A stretch of DNA of 62,951 nucleotides, filler included, from Chlamydiia bacterium (GTDB taxonomy: Bacteria > Chlamydiota > Chlamydiia > Chlamydiales > FEN-1388): NCBI GenBank assembly GCA_903848235.1. It is 5 parts of 5 records of this genome, joined end to end, with 100 filler letters (N's around TTAATTAATTAA, not from the genome) between each part and the next. Parts side by side here need not be neighbours in the genome. Positions count along the whole stretch, not along the records: positions 19,298 to 50,746 come from CAINFV010000096.1; positions 50,847 to 52,419 come from CAINFV010000098.1; positions 52,520 to 62,951 come from CAINFV010000104.1; 2 more parts are not named here. One strand, 5' to 3'. The stretch's first letter is position 1. Every line of letters begins with the position of its first letter. Position numbers and translations under genes: made by a program. The notes beneath the pieces were generated by a model. The model was not told the DNA's origin. It ran no database searches and worked only from the letters and a program-made list of their open reading frames with translations. Of the stretch, positions 49,584 through 60,313 are shown piece after piece.

Positions 49584-50638
49584 ATGCTCACCTTACACCC
49601 TTCAGAGAGCCGTTCCTGACCCTCAATGACAACAGAATCGATTGCAGCAAGGCCTTCACCTACAATTCGATTATTTTCAATCAAATCTCCAACAGCAATC
49701 TGCCGAACCGCAGCAGTCATCTCAGGCGTGATAACGTACACATACGGACCTTTTTGGTTATACTGTAGGCAGCTTTGAGGAACGAAGATTACCGCAGGAT
49801 CGATTTTCGTATGGATGCGAACTCGGACAATCTGGCCCGGGAGGAGAGTGTGGTCCTCATTGGGAACAGAACCCTTGATAACCAGGGTTCCACGACTGGA
49901 GTCGAAGGAGTTGTTGAAAAACGTAATACTCCCTTGCCTTGTAATCATTTGATGGGAGAGGGGAGAGATTTCGATGGAGGATGCCGCGGCTGGTATTTCA
50001 AAAAATTCCTTCTCAGTAACGGAAAAGGAGACGACAAGGGTATTCAGTTGTGTGACTGTGGTAAGACATGTTGAACCATTTTGAGCATAGGTTCCCACAC
50101 AGACGGGGATTTCGCCTACTCGTCCATCAAACGGAGCTTTGACAGTACAATTATCAAGCTCAATAACGGCTTTTTGAAGGCCGGCAGTAAGATTCTCGAT
50201 AGTGCTTTTTGATTTTTCTACCTCAGTTTGGATCTCATCCCATTCGATTTGGGGGATGAGATCCTTCTGTGCAAGACTTGTATATCGTGACATTTTGTTC
50301 ACCAGCCCCTGAAGGACGGCGTTTTCAGTAGCAAGATTTGCTTTAGCCTGTTGAACATGCAGCTGTTGCATCGCGCTATCCAGCGATACAAGAGGACTTC
50401 CTTCGCTTACGTTTTGACCTTCGTGAACATGAATTTTGGCAACAACCCCATCAGCTCGAGAGAAAATAGAAACAGAGGCTATTGGGGTCAGAGTTCCTGT
50501 TGTTTCGATAGCGCGTGCATGATCTTGGATAGACGGATGCACGACAGAGATAGGAATCACCTCTTGTAACGAAGATTTCTCTTCATTCTGCGAGCTACAC
50601 CCAACCAAAAGGACGCAACAAAGAAGATATTTTTTCAC
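49580..50638 (-). CDS. RND periplasmic adaptor (MFP) lipoprotein
   Basis: GTG start with lipobox LVGC; APFDGRVG, LLPGQIV and VVIEG motifs; overlaps the RND gene. Confidence 0.9.
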   Translation of the reverse strand: MKKYLLCCVLLVGCSSQNEEKSSLQEVIPISVVHPSIQDHARAIETTGTLTPIASVSIFSRADGVVAKIHVHEGQNVSEGSPLVSLDSAMQQLHVQQAKANLATENAVLQGLVNKMSRYTSLAQKDLIPQIEWDEIQTEVEKSKSTIENLTAGLQKAVIELDNCTVKAPFDGRVGEIPVCVGTYAQNGSTCLTTVTQLNTLVVSFSVTEKEFFEIPAAASSIEISPLSHQMITRQGSITFFNNSFDSSRGTLVIKGSVPNEDHTLLPGQIVRVRIHTKIDPAVIFVPQSCLQYNQKGPYVYVITPEMTAAVRQIAVGDLIENNRIVGEGLAAIDSVVIEGQERLSEGCKVSM

Positions 50639-50746
50639 TTTTGTACCATCATAAAAAAAGTCACAGCGTCCCCGTTGCATAGGCGAGGTTAGCAATCCCT
50701 GTGAGCCATTGGGTTTTTACAGTGTTGTACTGAATGCGTGCTGCTG

Positions 50747-50846
50747 NNNNNNNNNNNNNNNNNNNNNNNNNNNNNNNNNNNNNNNNNNNNTTAATTAATT
50801 AANNNNNNNNNNNNNNNNNNNNNNNNNNNNNNNNNNNNNNNNNNNN
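50747..50846. other. Artificial contig linker
   Basis: N-run/TTAATTAATTAA/N-run. Confidence 0.99.
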
Positions 50847-52419
50847 GGCAAATCTCTGATCTACAGCTAGCCACATGTCAGCGCCGCCAACAGATTGCTG
50901 GGCAAGCACGGCCATGGCGGCCAGATCGCGCTGCACATCTTGATATTCAGCGACAAAAACCTTTCGGCGCTCGAAATAGCTCCAGCAGAGACGGAGCAGC
51001 TCTTCTGCTACCATCTTCCCCAAGAAAATGGGATGGTCGAAAATCTTCTTATATGTTGGGAGTACAGAAAGCCGTTCATGAAGATCGGCGATCATCGAGC
51101 CATCCTCCGCCCGAATTGGGCGAATCGTAACCACTCCTCTATCAAGAGGCATCTCTTTTATATATTCAATAGGATATGGCCTACAGACAGGTGTCACACG
51201 GAAGTTAGGGTGAGCTAAAACAATTCGTGCATCAAGGCAGATGACCCCTGATGGGGACGCGACGATGGGATTCATGTCGCATTCAACTACTTCCGGCACT
51301 TCGAGAACAAGCTCTGAGAGGGCGATTAGCAAATCTTCTATGGGTTCTAACGGCACTTTCCCGCCACCCCGTGAAGTTGACAGTGCTCGTGATATTTTCG
51401 TCTTTTCGATCATCTTCCGCGCCAGTAGAGCATTCAATGGCGGCAAGCCAAGAGCTTCATCATGAAAAGCTTCAACATAAATCCCTCCAGCACCAAAGAG
51501 GAGCACCGGCCCAAATTGCGGGTCTATCGAGCTTCCTACGATCAGTTCAATACCTTTTGCCTCACACATTTTCTGAACAGTGACTCCAGAAAACGCATCC
51601 TTGCCATACCCTTCTACAACACGATTTTTTATTGATGAAAACGCCTCGCGAACTTCCTGTCGTGTCATAAGGCGAAGACAAACACCTCCCACGTCACTTT
51701 TATGGGTGATCGTTGGGGATTCTACTTTCAAAACGACCGGATACCCTATTTGTTCAGCGATCTTAACAGCCTCATCGATTGTTTTTGCTAAGAATGCCTC
51801 TACAACAGGTATGCCATATGACTTGAGGAGCTGTTTTGACTCCCTTTCGGTGAGGAAGGCGCGTTTTTCCGCTGCTGCTTTATGAATCATGTCACGTGCT
51901 TTCGTCACCCGTACTCTGACCTCTTCTTGCGAAGGATATGTTCTCCAGCGCGGTGGCGTGCAGAAGGTTTTCATAATCTTAGCGTGCTTCCACATTGTAG
52001 CAAGACTCCACGACGCATCATCGGGATATTCAAAGCATGGGATTCCTGCTTTAGAGAAGACCTGCTTTCCTTGTGCTACTGAGTTTCCCCCCATCCAGCT
52101 TGCAATCAGAGGTTTTTGCGATAGTGCGGCAAACCGTTGCAAGCTTTCAGCAGTCTTTGTTGGGTCGGTCATATCCTGAGGAGTGAGAATGACCAGCACT
52201 CCATCGACCTCTGTATCCTTCACCACGGCTTCCACTGCCTTTTCATACCGCTGTGGATCAGCATCTCCCAAGATGTCGACAGGATTCGAATGGCTCCAGG
52301 CAGCGGGAAGAAACGATGAGAGATGGTCAATGGTCTTTGCGCTTAATTTCGCCATCTCCGCGCCATTTCCCACCACGGCGTCCGTAGCAAGGACAGCAGG
52401 ACCTCCGGCATTCGTTACA
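50847..52419 (-). CDS. Acetate--CoA ligase (ADP-forming)/Pat-type protein with ATP-grasp and GNAT-like domains; fragment open at both ends
   Basis: TNAGGP, SNPVDILGDA, GYPVVLK..SPTITHKSDVGGV, DPQFGPVLLFGAGG, DMNP and IRPIRAED motifs. Confidence 0.9.
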
Positions 52420-52519
52420 NNNNNNNNNNNNNNNNNNNNNNNNNNNNNNNNNNNNNNNNNNNNTTAATTAATTAANNNNNNNNNNNNNNNNNNNNNNNNN
52501 NNNNNNNNNNNNNNNNNNN
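52420..52519. other. Artificial contig linker
   Basis: N-run/TTAATTAATTAA/N-run. Confidence 0.99.
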
Positions 52520-52951
52520 TGAATGCTCATGATTTTTCTCCGGATGTGGGAACCATTGATCACAAGGGCCTGACGGGGACGCACACATAGTAAAGAGCAA
52601 AAGAGATCACTCGGGGTGAAGCAAAGGTGTCCGAGCCCGGCTGTTTACGAAAAAATAATCTGAAGAACAGTTTACTCCTGTGTGAAAAAACTTTAAGCGG
52701 GAATTGCTGGCAGAAATGCGATTTTTGCAGAATGAACAAGTGCCTTCCGCTCTCCAAAAGATGATCATTGCTGATCAATAATCAAGTTTTGGCCAAGAGC
52801 AACCACGCTCTTGAATTAATTCCCTGTCGCTGCGATTGCTTGCTGTCCGTTTTCCAAGAAGAATCAGAGACACGAATACGAAATTAGACTCAAAAATGCT
52901 ATCGTCAATTGCATTTTCCAATGTAAAATGCTAATTGAGGTGACATATTTT

Positions 52952-54106
52952 ATGGATTACATTTCGAGAAAAGTCTTGCCGCCAGATGGAAGTTTTTTTC
53001 TTCTGGGGCCCAGGGGAACGGGAAAATCAACGTGGCTTCGCCACCGCTATCCGGATGCGGTTCGGATTGATTTGCTTTTAGGTGATGAAGAACGTCGATT
53101 TAGCGGATATCCGGAACGAATTCGCGATATCGTGTCTGCCATGCCATCAGGATCAACACTGATTTTAGATGAAATTCAAAGAGTTCCTCGCTTGCTTCCC
53201 GAAATTCATGCTTTGATCGAGGGGAAAAAAGATATTCAATACATCATGACGGGAAGCAGCTCAAGAAAACTCCGCCGATCCGTCAGCGATCTTTTAGGAG
53301 GAAGAGCGTTGTTGCGTCATATGGGGCCATTTTTGGCGTCTGAATTAGGAGATCTCTTCTCGTTGGAAAAAGCTTTGACAATCGGTCTGATTCCGCTTAT
53401 TTGGGCATCCTCAAATCCAGAAGAAAGGCTCCGCCATTATCTCAGTCTATATGTGAAAGAAGAAGTGCAGGCCGAAGGCCTAGTTCGACAAATTGGCGAT
53501 TTTTCACGATTTATGGAGATAGCCAGTTTTTCACACGGTGCCGTTTGGACGTCGACTGATATTAGTCGGGAATCGTCCGTAAAACGGGCTACTGTTGATA
53601 ACTACCTTCAAATTCTAGAAGATCTGTTCTTAGCTTTTTCTCTTCCTGTATTTGCTCGAAGAGCTAAAAGGAGGCTGATTTCTCATTCGAAATTCTATTT
53701 TTTCGATGTCGGAGTCTATCGTGTCTTGCGGCCTAAGGGAATTTTGGATAGTTCTGAGGAGATTGACGGAGTTGCCCTCGAAGGACTTGTGGCGCAACAT
53801 CTTCAGGCGTGGGTACAATCTCAAAAAGAAGCCCATTCGTTGTCTTTTTGGCGAACGCAAACACAACTAGAGGTAGATTTTATCGTCTACGGGCCAAGAG
53901 GATTTTGGGCAATCGAGGTGAAGCGCTCCCCTCATTTGGGACCAGATGACATACGGGGTCTAAAGGCCTTCAAAGAAGAATATCCTGAAGCACAGTGTTT
54001 TTTGCTGGCTCCTGTCAAACAAAAAGAAAGTTATCGTGGTTTCCCGATACTTCCAATATCAGAATTCTTATTGAATGTTGTCCCTGAGAACCCACTTGTG
54101 GTCTGA
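52952..54106 (+). CDS. AAA_14 ATPase with DUF4143 domain (second, divergent copy)
   Basis: GPRGTGKST, LDEIQ, TGSSSRKL, KFYFFDVGV and EVDF..AIEVK motifs; RBS GAGGTG before ATG 52952. Confidence 0.93.
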   Translation: MDYISRKVLPPDGSFFLLGPRGTGKSTWLRHRYPDAVRIDLLLGDEERRFSGYPERIRDIVSAMPSGSTLILDEIQRVPRLLPEIHALIEGKKDIQYIMTGSSSRKLRRSVSDLLGGRALLRHMGPFLASELGDLFSLEKALTIGLIPLIWASSNPEERLRHYLSLYVKEEVQAEGLVRQIGDFSRFMEIASFSHGAVWTSTDISRESSVKRATVDNYLQILEDLFLAFSLPVFARRAKRRLISHSKFYFFDVGVYRVLRPKGILDSSEEIDGVALEGLVAQHLQAWVQSQKEAHSLSFWRTQTQLEVDFIVYGPRGFWAIEVKRSPHLGPDDIRGLKAFKEEYPEAQCFLLAPVKQKESYRGFPILPISEFLLNVVPENPLVV

Positions 54107-54230
54107 TACAGTCACAACGTGAAAACCCACTGTTGTAAAAAAGGTGGCGGGAGGATCATGAAAGTGTAGCCTCCTTTGGAATACCCAAGCAATTTGGGGG
54201 AGGTAAGAGCTGTTTTTTTCCTGAGGATCG

Positions 54231-56099
54231 ATGGCGAATTTTCTTTCACTTCTGCGGTCCGGCCCTGATGCCATTTCTTTGAGCGTGCTCGTCGCGGATG
54301 CCAAAGGGTATAGCTTCAAAAAGGCCCGCAGCGACATCTCCGCGGCTGTATCAGTAGCACTGCTGTCAATACCGCAGGCATTAGCCTATTCTATTGTCGT
54401 TGGAGTGCCTCCCATTGCAGGCATTGTCTCGATGGTCTTGGGAACCGCTATTGCGGCTCTTTTTACCTCGTCGCGCCATCTGGTCATAGGACCAAATAAT
54501 GCAACATGTCTCCTTGTCCAAACAGCGACGGTGGAGATCTTCCAGAAGTATTATGCAGGGGCAGAGGCAGCATCACGTGCGACGATCTCTTTAGAGCTGA
54601 TCACAGCAATGACACTGCTGATAGGGTTAACGCAACTGGTGGCAGCTTTTTTTAAGCTCGGCCGTCTCATTCAATTTGTCAGCCATGCCGTTGTTGTTGG
54701 CTATATCGCCGGCACTGCCATGGCCATCGCTGTCGGCCAGCTCTTTCCTATCACAGGGATCGATTGCCCTGACAACCTTGACACCCTCTATCAAAAGGTT
54801 TCCTATTGGGTTCTCCATCTCCAAGAGACTCAGCCGATGACGTTGGCTGTTGGGGGGATGTCTCTGTACCTCGTCTTTTTGATGCGCCGCTTTCACTGGA
54901 AGTTTCCGGTCTCATTGACAATGCTGGTGGTGATGACCAGCGTCGTCGCCCTGCTGAGCAGCACCGGCATTGCCGATGAATATGGGAAGAGCGTTCAGCT
55001 GATTGCCTGCGGCGATGTCTCTTCGCTGTCGTTTTCTTTCAAGATACCTTCTATGGAGCTGCGGTTGCTCAACACCCTTCTTCCTATTGCCTTTGCGATC
55101 GCTCTTATCGGTATGCTAGAGGCGAATTCCATCGCAAAATCCATAGCTGCAACGACCGGTCAGCGGCTTACCGGCAACCAGGAGGTATTTGCCCTCGGCT
55201 GCTCAAATTTCCTGCTGGCCTTTTTCGGAGGCCTCCCCTGCTCGGGAAGCGCTACCCGTAGTAGCTTAAATCTTGAAAACGGAGCTAAAACGCGGTTTGC
55301 AGCGTTTTATAGCAGCCTTATCGTAGCGCTTCTCGTGCTTTGTCTAGGGCCAGTGATCACCTTCGTTCCTACCGCCTCTTTAGCAGCGCTTCTCATTGCT
55401 ACCGCTCTTCGCATCGTTGACAGAACGCAGGTTCTCCTCTGCTGGCGGGCAACGCGCTCTGACGCCCTTGTCCTTTCGGTGACGTTTCTTGCCTGTATTT
55501 TCTTCAGCTTGGCGTTAGCATTTTATATGGGTGTTGCCCTCTCTATCATCCTCTACCTTCGTAAGGCAGCAACGCCAAGAGTCGTTGAGTATATCTACCA
55601 GGAGTCGACGGGAGAGGTCCTTCAGGCAAGTGAAGAGGATAAGAGGCTTCCCTGTGCTATACGGATGATCAACGTAGAAGGGGAGTTGTTCTTTGGGGCT
55701 ATGGACCTTTTTCAGTATACCCTTCGCGCTATTGCTGAAGATGACTTAACCACGAAGGTCATCATCCTACGCCTCAAGCATGTCCATGACCTTGACGCTA
55801 CGACAGCTCTTGCCCTGCGTCAGCTGAAAGACTATCTGACACAAAGCGGGCGCCACCTTATTGTCTGTAGCATCCCTCCCCATGTCTTAGAGCTTTTAGA
55901 AAATGTGCGTTTGGTTGACCATCTGGGTCGCGATAATGTCATTATCTTCGACAATGCATCCCCGACATCGTGGCTGGAGAGATCTCTTTGTCGAGCGCGC
56001 TATCTGCTGCGCCACAAAGAGATGCCGGCCGTCGAGGAAGACTTGCCAACACCGCTTATCCCTGTGCGGGTGCCGGTCGTGGAACAGGGTTCCACTTAA
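54231..56099 (+). CDS. SulP/SLC26 anion transporter with STAS domain
   Basis: IPQALAYS, GP, NQEVFALG..N and GAKTR motifs; STAS domain (GELFFGA, DATT). Confidence 0.93.
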   Translation: MANFLSLLRSGPDAISLSVLVADAKGYSFKKARSDISAAVSVALLSIPQALAYSIVVGVPPIAGIVSMVLGTAIAALFTSSRHLVIGPNNATCLLVQTATVEIFQKYYAGAEAASRATISLELITAMTLLIGLTQLVAAFFKLGRLIQFVSHAVVVGYIAGTAMAIAVGQLFPITGIDCPDNLDTLYQKVSYWVLHLQETQPMTLAVGGMSLYLVFLMRRFHWKFPVSLTMLVVMTSVVALLSSTGIADEYGKSVQLIACGDVSSLSFSFKIPSMELRLLNTLLPIAFAIALIGMLEANSIAKSIAATTGQRLTGNQEVFALGCSNFLLAFFGGLPCSGSATRSSLNLENGAKTRFAAFYSSLIVALLVLCLGPVITFVPTASLAALLIATALRIVDRTQVLLCWRATRSDALVLSVTFLACIFFSLALAFYMGVALSIILYLRKAATPRVVEYIYQESTGEVLQASEEDKRLPCAIRMINVEGELFFGAMDLFQYTLRAIAEDDLTTKVIILRLKHVHDLDATTALALRQLKDYLTQSGRHLIVCSIPPHVLELLENVRLVDHLGRDNVIIFDNASPTSWLERSLCRARYLLRHKEMPAVEEDLPTPLIPVRVPVVEQGST

Positions 56100-56472
56100 G
56101 ATATCCACAGCGCAGCTTTTTTGTGCGGTAGACCCATGGATCATCGTTTTCCCGCAATAAGCGATCGCAACCAAGAACAAACCCCTCGCCGGCTCCCCAA
56201 TACAAGATCGCCTGGCGCATATATTCAGAGCTGCTTGGCACAAAGTGGCTTCGCGGGCCATCTGCTTCAGAGAGCATCTGCTGATGAAAGCAAATCAGAT
56301 ATAAGCCTGGAGAGAATGAGACGGAGGGTGGTTTTTTGATGACGCGGCGTGTCAGCGTTGCATCTTTTCCCCATGGCTCTTCTCCATAGCAGACATCTGT
56401 TGCCACAACGCCACACAGCAGGAGAAAGAGAACATGTCGTGTGAGCCAGGGGCGGATGAGCGGCGCTACCAT
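56056..56472 (-). CDS. YidD-like membrane protein insertion efficiency factor (chlamydial type)
   Basis: FHQ..S.ADGPRSHFVPSSSEYM..AI..WG..G...GCDRLLREN. Confidence 0.8.
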   Translation of the reverse strand: MVAPLIRPWLTRHVLFLLLCGVVATDVCYGEEPWGKDATLTRRVIKKPPSVSFSPGLYLICFHQQMLSEADGPRSHFVPSSSEYMRQAILYWGAGEGFVLGCDRLLRENDDPWVYRTKKLRCGYLKWNPVPRPAPAQG

Positions 56473-57437
56473 TGGTAGTGCAACTGTTGGAGGGGGAAGA
56501 GAGTATGCCGTTCGAGGTAGGGCTTGGTGATCTGTTCTCTGAGGCGCTGGTTATAGAGATCAGCAGCTAGCCCTGCTCCCGCGATACCCCCAAGATACCA
56601 TCCTCCTTCAAAACCACCAGCGATGATGGCGGCAGCTTGCTGGTGTGCAGAGAACAGCTGGCAGGTGGAGGTGATGAAAAGAGCGTTCATGATAAAGGCT
56701 GTGGCGGCGGTTTGATAGTGGCGGACGTAGAGGTATCCGCTGCCAGGAAGAATGCCGTTGAGGAAGCGCGCTGTTGTTGGGTCTTTTCGACTGTTGAGAT
56801 AGGCAGCAGACAGAGAGGCTGCCTCGTCACCCTCTGACAGTCCGACGAGGGCAGCGAGCGGGGGTGCTAGTGATAAAGAGCTATCGCTGTTGGCAGCGAG
56901 AATCTGGTAGAGAGGTAACTTTGTGCGGAGGCGGTCATCGGTGGGGAGGATGTCAATGAGGCGTGATGCATCATCTGTCCTGTCGAGCTGAGAGTAGGCT
57001 TCATAGAGGAGGCATATGCAATCGCGGGCAAGGTCTGGGTCCGAAATGGTGACTGAGGATTGCTCTTTCTCCCAGATGTCGACAGCCTCTTGATATTTTC
57101 CGCCGAGGCTGTAGGTCAGCAGGAGGGCGTGGATTAGTTGTGCTTTGTGGGGAGACGCTGGGGTGCAGAGCAGGAAGCGGGATCGGTGAAAGCAGGTGGC
57201 AGCACGGTAGTAATCCCCTTCTCGCGCAAAGCAGCTGCCGAGGCGGTATTCTTGCCCCCAACTTGACTGTTGCTCTTCTTCTGTCAGCGCCGGAGGAGGT
57301 GTGGGAAGTTTGTTGACGGTCTCTGGGAAGACAGTAGTCGTCAGGTGGATGGGTGGCTCGGTTGGCATTTTAATGCAGCCAGTCGCCAGAAGAGGACACA
57401 GACAGATCAGAGAGAGAAGCGTAGTAGAGAAGTTCAT
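56466..57437 (-). CDS. TPR-containing lipoprotein
   Basis: Lipobox LATGC; TPR-like DYYRAATCFHR; ILPGSGYLY hydrophobic C-terminus. Confidence 0.75.
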   Translation of the reverse strand: MNFSTTLLSLICLCPLLATGCIKMPTEPPIHLTTTVFPETVNKLPTPPPALTEEEQQSSWGQEYRLGSCFAREGDYYRAATCFHRSRFLLCTPASPHKAQLIHALLLTYSLGGKYQEAVDIWEKEQSSVTISDPDLARDCICLLYEAYSQLDRTDDASRLIDILPTDDRLRTKLPLYQILAANSDSSLSLAPPLAALVGLSEGDEAASLSAAYLNSRKDPTTARFLNGILPGSGYLYVRHYQTAATAFIMNALFITSTCQLFSAHQQAAAIIAGGFEGGWYLGGIAGAGLAADLYNQRLREQITKPYLERHTLFPLQQLHYQW

Positions 57438-57486
57438 GAATGAGTACAGGCGGTGCCCTCGAAAGAGGGCGCCGCTTGTTGTGTTC

Positions 57487-60021
57487 CTATGGGAAGGTAT
57501 TTGGTTCAAGGTTCAAGATGGCTTTAAGATCATCGATCTCTTTTGCCCATCCCTGTTCATTGACACGTGACTTCTCTTTCATATTCTGTTCTTGGCGTTT
57601 CGTGATTTCATCGATGTCTTGTTCGGTGTCAATGATAATAGGACGGATGAAGATCATCAGGTTGCGTTTTGCTTGTTGCTGCAACTTCGATCCGAAGAGG
57701 TTGCCAACGATTGGCAGGGAGCCTAAGCAGGGGATGCGGCTGCTTGTAATGTCTTGCGACTCTTGGATCATACCAGACAATACCAAGAAGTGGTCTGTTG
57801 GCATGTGTACGCGGGTGACGGTACGCGTTTCGTTGACAGTGGCAGGAGGTGCTGTGGTCTGCCCTTGCTGAGAGACCTGCTGAGAGTTCGCGTTACTGAT
57901 CTTTTGCTCGATGATCAGCGTGACTGTTTCTCGGGAGCTGATGAGAGGTGTTACCTTTAAGGAGACCCCTGTCTCTACGGTATTATAGTTCGTGGCGACG
58001 ATGGCCGATGGTGAGCCGGACGTAGAGTTCGCTATCGATTGCCCCTTGATAGGCGTTTGCGCTCCTACAAAGACCTCGGCGGGGACGTTATGTTCCGTCA
58101 TAATCTTAGGATTAAAGAGAATGTGAGTTTCTTGGTCAAGCTGTAGCGCCTGGATAAGAGCGCCGGTAGATCTAAAACCCTTTCCCATAAACTTAATTTT
58201 TCTTCCAAGACCGCCTGCCGATAACCCACCAGGCGCTGGTGGTGGCGTTACCTGGACGGGGGTATACTGCTGAATGGCATTGAAAGCGGAGGAAAATGGG
58301 GAAGTGGGATTTACAAACCCAGCCTGGGCCCCTAAGTTACTTCGTTGGATTCTTCCAGCCCATTCAACGCTGAATTGAAGCGAATTCGATAATGTCGTGT
58401 CGATGATGAGGGCTTCGATGAACACCTGACGGACAGGAATGTCGATCTGGCTAATGAGGTTTTTTACTTTTTCAAGACTTGCCGTCGTTCCTGTGAACAC
58501 GATGGTATTGTTATCATCAACAGGCTGAAGGCTGTTGAGGGTGATGATAAGGTCTGACTGCGATAACTCAGGGTTGGCAGCAGCTCCTGTAGACGGGCCG
58601 CCAGCCTGGTTGCCGCCTGAAACACTTGTGGCGATGGCTTTGAGGGCGTTTGCGATATCTTCGCTCTTGCGATACTGGAGGCGGTAGATGAGAAATTGCG
58701 TGGATTCAACGGTTCCTATTGGAAGGCCGCTTTCGGTAACAAGTTTTCTTTGGACGGAGCGAAGAGCCTCTCTGGCGCCATTAAGAGTCATTCTGTCAAG
58801 CTGCTCTGCCTGTATCCCTTGTTCCATAAGGCGGCGCTTGAGATCTTCTTCGGTTAAAGTCTCGATCTCATTGGTGTCCCTAGTTGAATCTTCTAGAAGG
58901 CGTTGCCTACGTGCTTTTTCTGCTGCCTCTGGGTCAAATTTCATACGGTCGAGGAGCCCGGAATGCGCTATGTTCAGATCTATTGCCTGCATGATAGAAA
59001 GGCATTTTTCGATCATAAACGGCGTAGAGACAATGAAAACACTATTGGACCCTGAATGTGGGACAAGGATAAGCGGTTTGTTGGCCGCGAGGGGAGCTAA
59101 CACCTTCTCGGAGAGGGCGACGAGGGTCGCAGGAGAGGTGTTGATAGCAACATACTGCCCTATCTCCATGCCGCCGACTGGGGAGTCCATTTTCTTTATT
59201 ACTTGTGCAATACGCTGGAGGTTTTCCGTTACATCGCTGACAACAACTGTGGAATCCCCAAGGGCTTCTACAATGGCACCCTCGCCTACCATTGTTTTAA
59301 CGATAAGCGCACACTGGTCTGCGGGGATGTTTTGCAGGACAAACACTTGAGTTGCAATCTGTGGCCCGGCAATCCCTAAGCTTTTCTGTTCGAGAGCCCC
59401 TGCGCCTCTGACGGTGGGGTTGGTATGAATGATAAAGGCGCCACCTTCTTCGAGGATGGAGTATCCATGGGCTCGAAGGCTCTGGAGTACCATGGCCATG
59501 ACGGCTTCGAGACTGTTTGGCGTATCTGATATCGTGGTGACAGTAAACTGAAGCTCTTGAGGGTCATATATGAAGTTTTTCCCTGTCAACCTGCTGACGT
59601 ATTTAAGCACCTCGGTGATGCTGACGTTGTTGAAGTTTATGACAGGGCCTTCAGCAGTTTCTGTCTTAACGGCAGAAGGAGCCGTTTTAGAAGATGGGTC
59701 AGTCGTTGGGGATAGTTCCTCGACAGCCTCTTGAGCAACTTTTTCTCGAATTTCCTTTTCGCGCTGCTCTTGAGCTTTGCGTTCTTTGATGTCTTTTCGA
59801 AGTTTTAAGGTTCCCCGTTCTTCGGTGAGGGATTCATAGCTGGAGCGAGAAGGCGATTGTTGCGGAGTAGGTTCTGTATCCAGCTGTTCATCAGACGTAG
59901 GCGGGATAAGATAGCGGGGTTGATCGGCTGCTGCAAGCTGTGATCTTTGTACGCAGGGAAGACAGCATACAACTAAGCACAGGCAAGAGAGAAAGAAGGG
60001 ATTGCTCATCGTTCGTCGCAT
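57487..60021 (-). CDS. sctC: Secretin of chlamydial SctC/CdsC type (start uncertain: 60009/60021/60069)
   Basis: INFNNVSI.E.LKYVSR..GKNF, IYRLQY..IANAL, LNSLQ..NNTIV, RQVFIEALI and IPCLGSLP motifs. Closer to my recollection of chlamydial CdsC than to GspD. Confidence 0.75.
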   Translation of the reverse strand: MRRTMSNPFFLSCLCLVVCCLPCVQRSQLAAADQPRYLIPPTSDEQLDTEPTPQQSPSRSSYESLTEERGTLKLRKDIKERKAQEQREKEIREKVAQEAVEELSPTTDPSSKTAPSAVKTETAEGPVINFNNVSITEVLKYVSRLTGKNFIYDPQELQFTVTTISDTPNSLEAVMAMVLQSLRAHGYSILEEGGAFIIHTNPTVRGAGALEQKSLGIAGPQIATQVFVLQNIPADQCALIVKTMVGEGAIVEALGDSTVVVSDVTENLQRIAQVIKKMDSPVGGMEIGQYVAINTSPATLVALSEKVLAPLAANKPLILVPHSGSNSVFIVSTPFMIEKCLSIMQAIDLNIAHSGLLDRMKFDPEAAEKARRQRLLEDSTRDTNEIETLTEEDLKRRLMEQGIQAEQLDRMTLNGAREALRSVQRKLVTESGLPIGTVESTQFLIYRLQYRKSEDIANALKAIATSVSGGNQAGGPSTGAAANPELSQSDLIITLNSLQPVDDNNTIVFTGTTASLEKVKNLISQIDIPVRQVFIEALIIDTTLSNSLQFSVEWAGRIQRSNLGAQAGFVNPTSPFSSAFNAIQQYTPVQVTPPPAPGGLSAGGLGRKIKFMGKGFRSTGALIQALQLDQETHILFNPKIMTEHNVPAEVFVGAQTPIKGQSIANSTSGSPSAIVATNYNTVETGVSLKVTPLISSRETVTLIIEQKISNANSQQVSQQGQTTAPPATVNETRTVTRVHMPTDHFLVLSGMIQESQDITSSRIPCLGSLPIVGNLFGSKLQQQAKRNLMIFIRPIIIDTEQDIDEITKRQEQNMKEKSRVNEQGWAKEIDDLKAILNLEPNTFP

Positions 60022-60313
60022 GTTCGTGTTGACCTTCTCTATTTGGGCGTGTTTCAACAAGATTGGCATTCCCTTATCCCATCATGGCCTATTTATTTTC
60101 CATTTTTTCGAACACTTTGATGAACAAATGACTAAAAAAGGAAAGCAGTTTTGGGTCGATGGCTTCTGCATATAGAGTGCAAATAATGCAGATTACTTCC
60201 TTTCATTTACATAATTATCCTTACTTTTTATAAGGGTGCTAGAACATGACGTTAAAATTTTTGAGCACAATCGTGGCGATAAGAAGTACTATTTTTTTAA
60301 AAAATGGTGGGTT

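Noticed and set aside
58688..59350. 220-aa plus-strand ORF and the many other antisense ORFs in the track
   Set aside because: Shadow frames opposite well-supported genes, with no recognisable motifs
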